The notes under the pieces: model-generated
Seen by the model: only the letters and a program-made list of their open reading frames with translations
What the model was told of the DNA's origin: nothing
Database searches by the model: none
Position numbers and translations under genes: made by a program
Shown: positions 61,230 to 64,000 of the stretch, one piece after another
Position numbering within the stretch: the stretch's first letter is position 1
Layout of the letters: each line of letters begins with the position of its first letter
Assembly: GCA_951406725.2 (NCBI GenBank)
Contig: OX597816.1
Coordinates: forward strand, 167,400,001 to 167,464,000
Origin: Octopus vulgaris
Lineage: Eukaryota
Direction: 5' to 3'
Length of the DNA: 64,000 bases

Positions 61230-63916
61230 ATTACCATCTATAGTAATTATACTTGTTAACATAATGATTGTGATAATTAATGATATTTTTGCAAGAAGCC
61301 TGGTGCAGCCATCTGGTTCGCCAGCCCTCAGTCATTCGTCCAACCAATGCTAGCATGAAAAGCAGACGTTAAACGATGATGATGATGATGATGATAATGA
61401 TGATGATGAAGTACTAAAATGAAATTAGTAATAATAACAATAATAATACTATTAATTCATGGTATAAACTGAAACATAAGTGAATCACCTTTGAATAAAT
61501 AATGTACTCCATACAGTAACATGTAAACAAACTGTTGCAATTGATTGTAATGTGAATTGAACATTTTATAAACCATGATTCAACTGTAATACCAGTAGAG
61601 GTAATTGTAAGACCAGAATTCAATTTGATTTTAAAAGTAATGCCATAACCTTCAACTGAATACCAATTCAGGAAGTTTGTTTGAATCAGTTCACTTTGAA
61701 AACATTGTAAGTGATGGAACCTTGATGAAATTGCAGTGACTAGGATGCATAACTGCATACAGGGCAATGTGCAGTTACTGCAGTAGAAACATATGCTGGT
61801 CATTGTTATATATGCTATAGAAAACTTTTTATCAAAATGTTTTGGATGAAAATAAATCTCCACTCTCTTCTTCGTTTTCAATTGTATACTCTATGGAATA
61901 TTTGTAGTTCTGAATAGGAACATGGAACTATGCACTGAGTGAAGCTTACAAATACCAATATCAATTTATACTGGAGTACTATATAATTCGAATGTCATGG
62001 ATAGCCTGCATCTATACCATTTTATGAGATAATTCGGTATCTACCATAATAATTTATCCTTATATATATATATATAAACATTAGTATGCCAGGCAAAATG
62101 CTTAGCAGTATTTCGTCTGCTGCTACGTTCTGAGTTCAAATTCCACTGAGGTTGACTTTGCCTTTCATCCTTTTGGGGTTGATTAAATAAGTACCAGTTA
62201 GGCACTGAGGTTGATATAATCAACTTAATCCGTTTGTCTGTCCTTGTTCGTCCCCTCTGTGTTTAGCCCCTTGTGGGTAGTAAAGAAATAGGTATTTCAC
62301 CTATCTTTACATTTTGAGTTCAAATTCCACCGAGGTCGACTTTGCCTTTCAATAAAATAGGTGCAAGTTTTGTACTGGGGTCGATCTAATCAACTGGTAC
62401 CTTCCCCCAAAATTTCGGGCCTTGTGCCTGAAGTAGAAAAGAAAAGAATATACATGTTACCCTACAACAACTTTATCACTCCAAGAACGATGATACCAAA
62501 GTCAATGTCAGCGAGGTATGAACCACACTAAACACTGTAAGTTATTTAGTTTGGTGCCTTCCACTTCCTACCAATACACATTCTTTATTGCTATATTAAT
62601 TAATAATTGGGAAATATGTATATTAAAAATTGGAGGATTGGTCTGGGAATATATATGATTGTTGTGACCTTATTTTAATAGCACTTTGTGACATTGAAAT
62701 ATCTAATTTGGTTCAGAGGGCAATATTTATGTGTGTAAGCTTACTATGCATACATACACATGTACATACATATATACATATATAGATACATATACATGTA
62801 CATATATACATGTATACCTATGTATTTACATACATACATACTACATATGCATACATACGTTCATACATGCTTGTATACATATGTGCATACATACATATGC
62901 ACATATATATATGCATACACATATACATGCATACATACATAAATACATATACACATATACATGCATACATACATAGATACATACATACATACATACATAC
63001 ATGTATACATATGTATTTACATATATACTACATATGCTTGTACATGCATACATATGCAGATATAGACATACATATATACACATACATACATACATACATT
63101 CATACATACATTCATACATAATACATACATACATACATACATACATACATACATACATGCATATATGCATGCATGGTGATTGCTCCATTTCATTGTGCTT
63201 CCTTGATGTCAATGGCATTCTGACTTTCCAACCATGACTTCTCACACAGCTAACTATTCAGGCCAGTTACAGATCTTTATGATTTGAAGCAAAGGTAACA
63301 GTTAGAAGTTGCAACTTTCTGTGCATCTCCACCTGGTTCACTCTGCACTCATTGCTCTTTTCTGTCATCACAGGACTTTCAGTAGATGCAATGACAAATG
63401 ATGTCACCCTAAAGAGATATCTATAGTCATCAAATTATAGGAATAAACATTTGTACAGCATGATGACCACTCTCTGATGCTTTGTAATTAGTATCTAAGT
63501 GGCAAGCCAAAGCAAGATGACCAGTAATCATGTGAAACTGTTCTTTGCCTAGAAGGATGCTTTGACAACAACTAGGGGTCCCTCGCTTCCAGTGTGTGCT
63601 CTGACATCCACCAAGGATACATCTGTGTCCTCACAATAAATACCTATTTCTTTACTACCCACAAGGGACCAAACACAGAGAGGACAAACAAGGACAGACA
63701 TATGGATTAAGTCGATTACATCGACCCCAGTGTGGAACTGGTACTTATTTAATCGACCCCAAAAGGATGAAAGGCAAAGTCGACCTCAGCAGAATTTGAA
63801 CTCAGAACATAACGACAGACGAAATACAGCAAAGCATTTCACCTGGCGAGCTAATGTTTCTGCCAGCTCACCGCCTTTCACACTCAATACCTACCTACAT
63901 ACATACATACATGCAC

Positions 63917-64000
63917 ATGGTCTGATCAATAAGTATCTGGACTGTTGCTATAGTAATGAGGCTAAAGCATGCAGAGTGAAGCCACTTGGCACAGATTGAC
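63917..64000. mobile_element. Mariner-like element left end, cut by window edge
   Basis: GGTCTGATCAATAAGTATCTGGACT resembles mariner TIRs; partner TIR not visible. Confidence 0.45.

Overview
AT-rich, repeat-saturated animal genomic DNA, most likely a coleoid cephalopod (Octopus-like SINE families, 5S sequence and microsatellite load; organism is inferred, not proven). Only one host coding exon is confidently recognisable: the first coding exon (20863-20973, minus strand, [22 protein letters not shown]...) of an outspread/MPRIP-family gene, whose intron 1 appears to run off the left end of the window. A CpG-retaining zone (~17.2-38.7 kb) surrounds its putative promoter(s). The rest is three or more tRNA-derived SINE families, many 5'-truncated RTE, CR1 and R4/Dong LINE fragments, hAT/Tigger/piggyBac/mariner-type MITEs, a long foldback element, two 5S rRNA pseudogenes, a solo-LTR-like segment and a decayed Penelope-like (Naiad-type RT + GIY-YIG) element. 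The most striking hidden signal is a set of at least four sequence-unrelated type I hammerhead ribozymes (near 12.0, 35.4/43.2, 53.8 and 58.1 kb, plus remnants). They sit next to (TA)n/(CATA)n microsatellites, several in inverted or tandem arrangements typical of Penelope termini and retrozymes. Nearly all ORFs in the supplied track are microsatellite or SINE artefacts. No database searches or folding programs were run; family assignments come from recognised motifs and many repeat boundaries are approximate.
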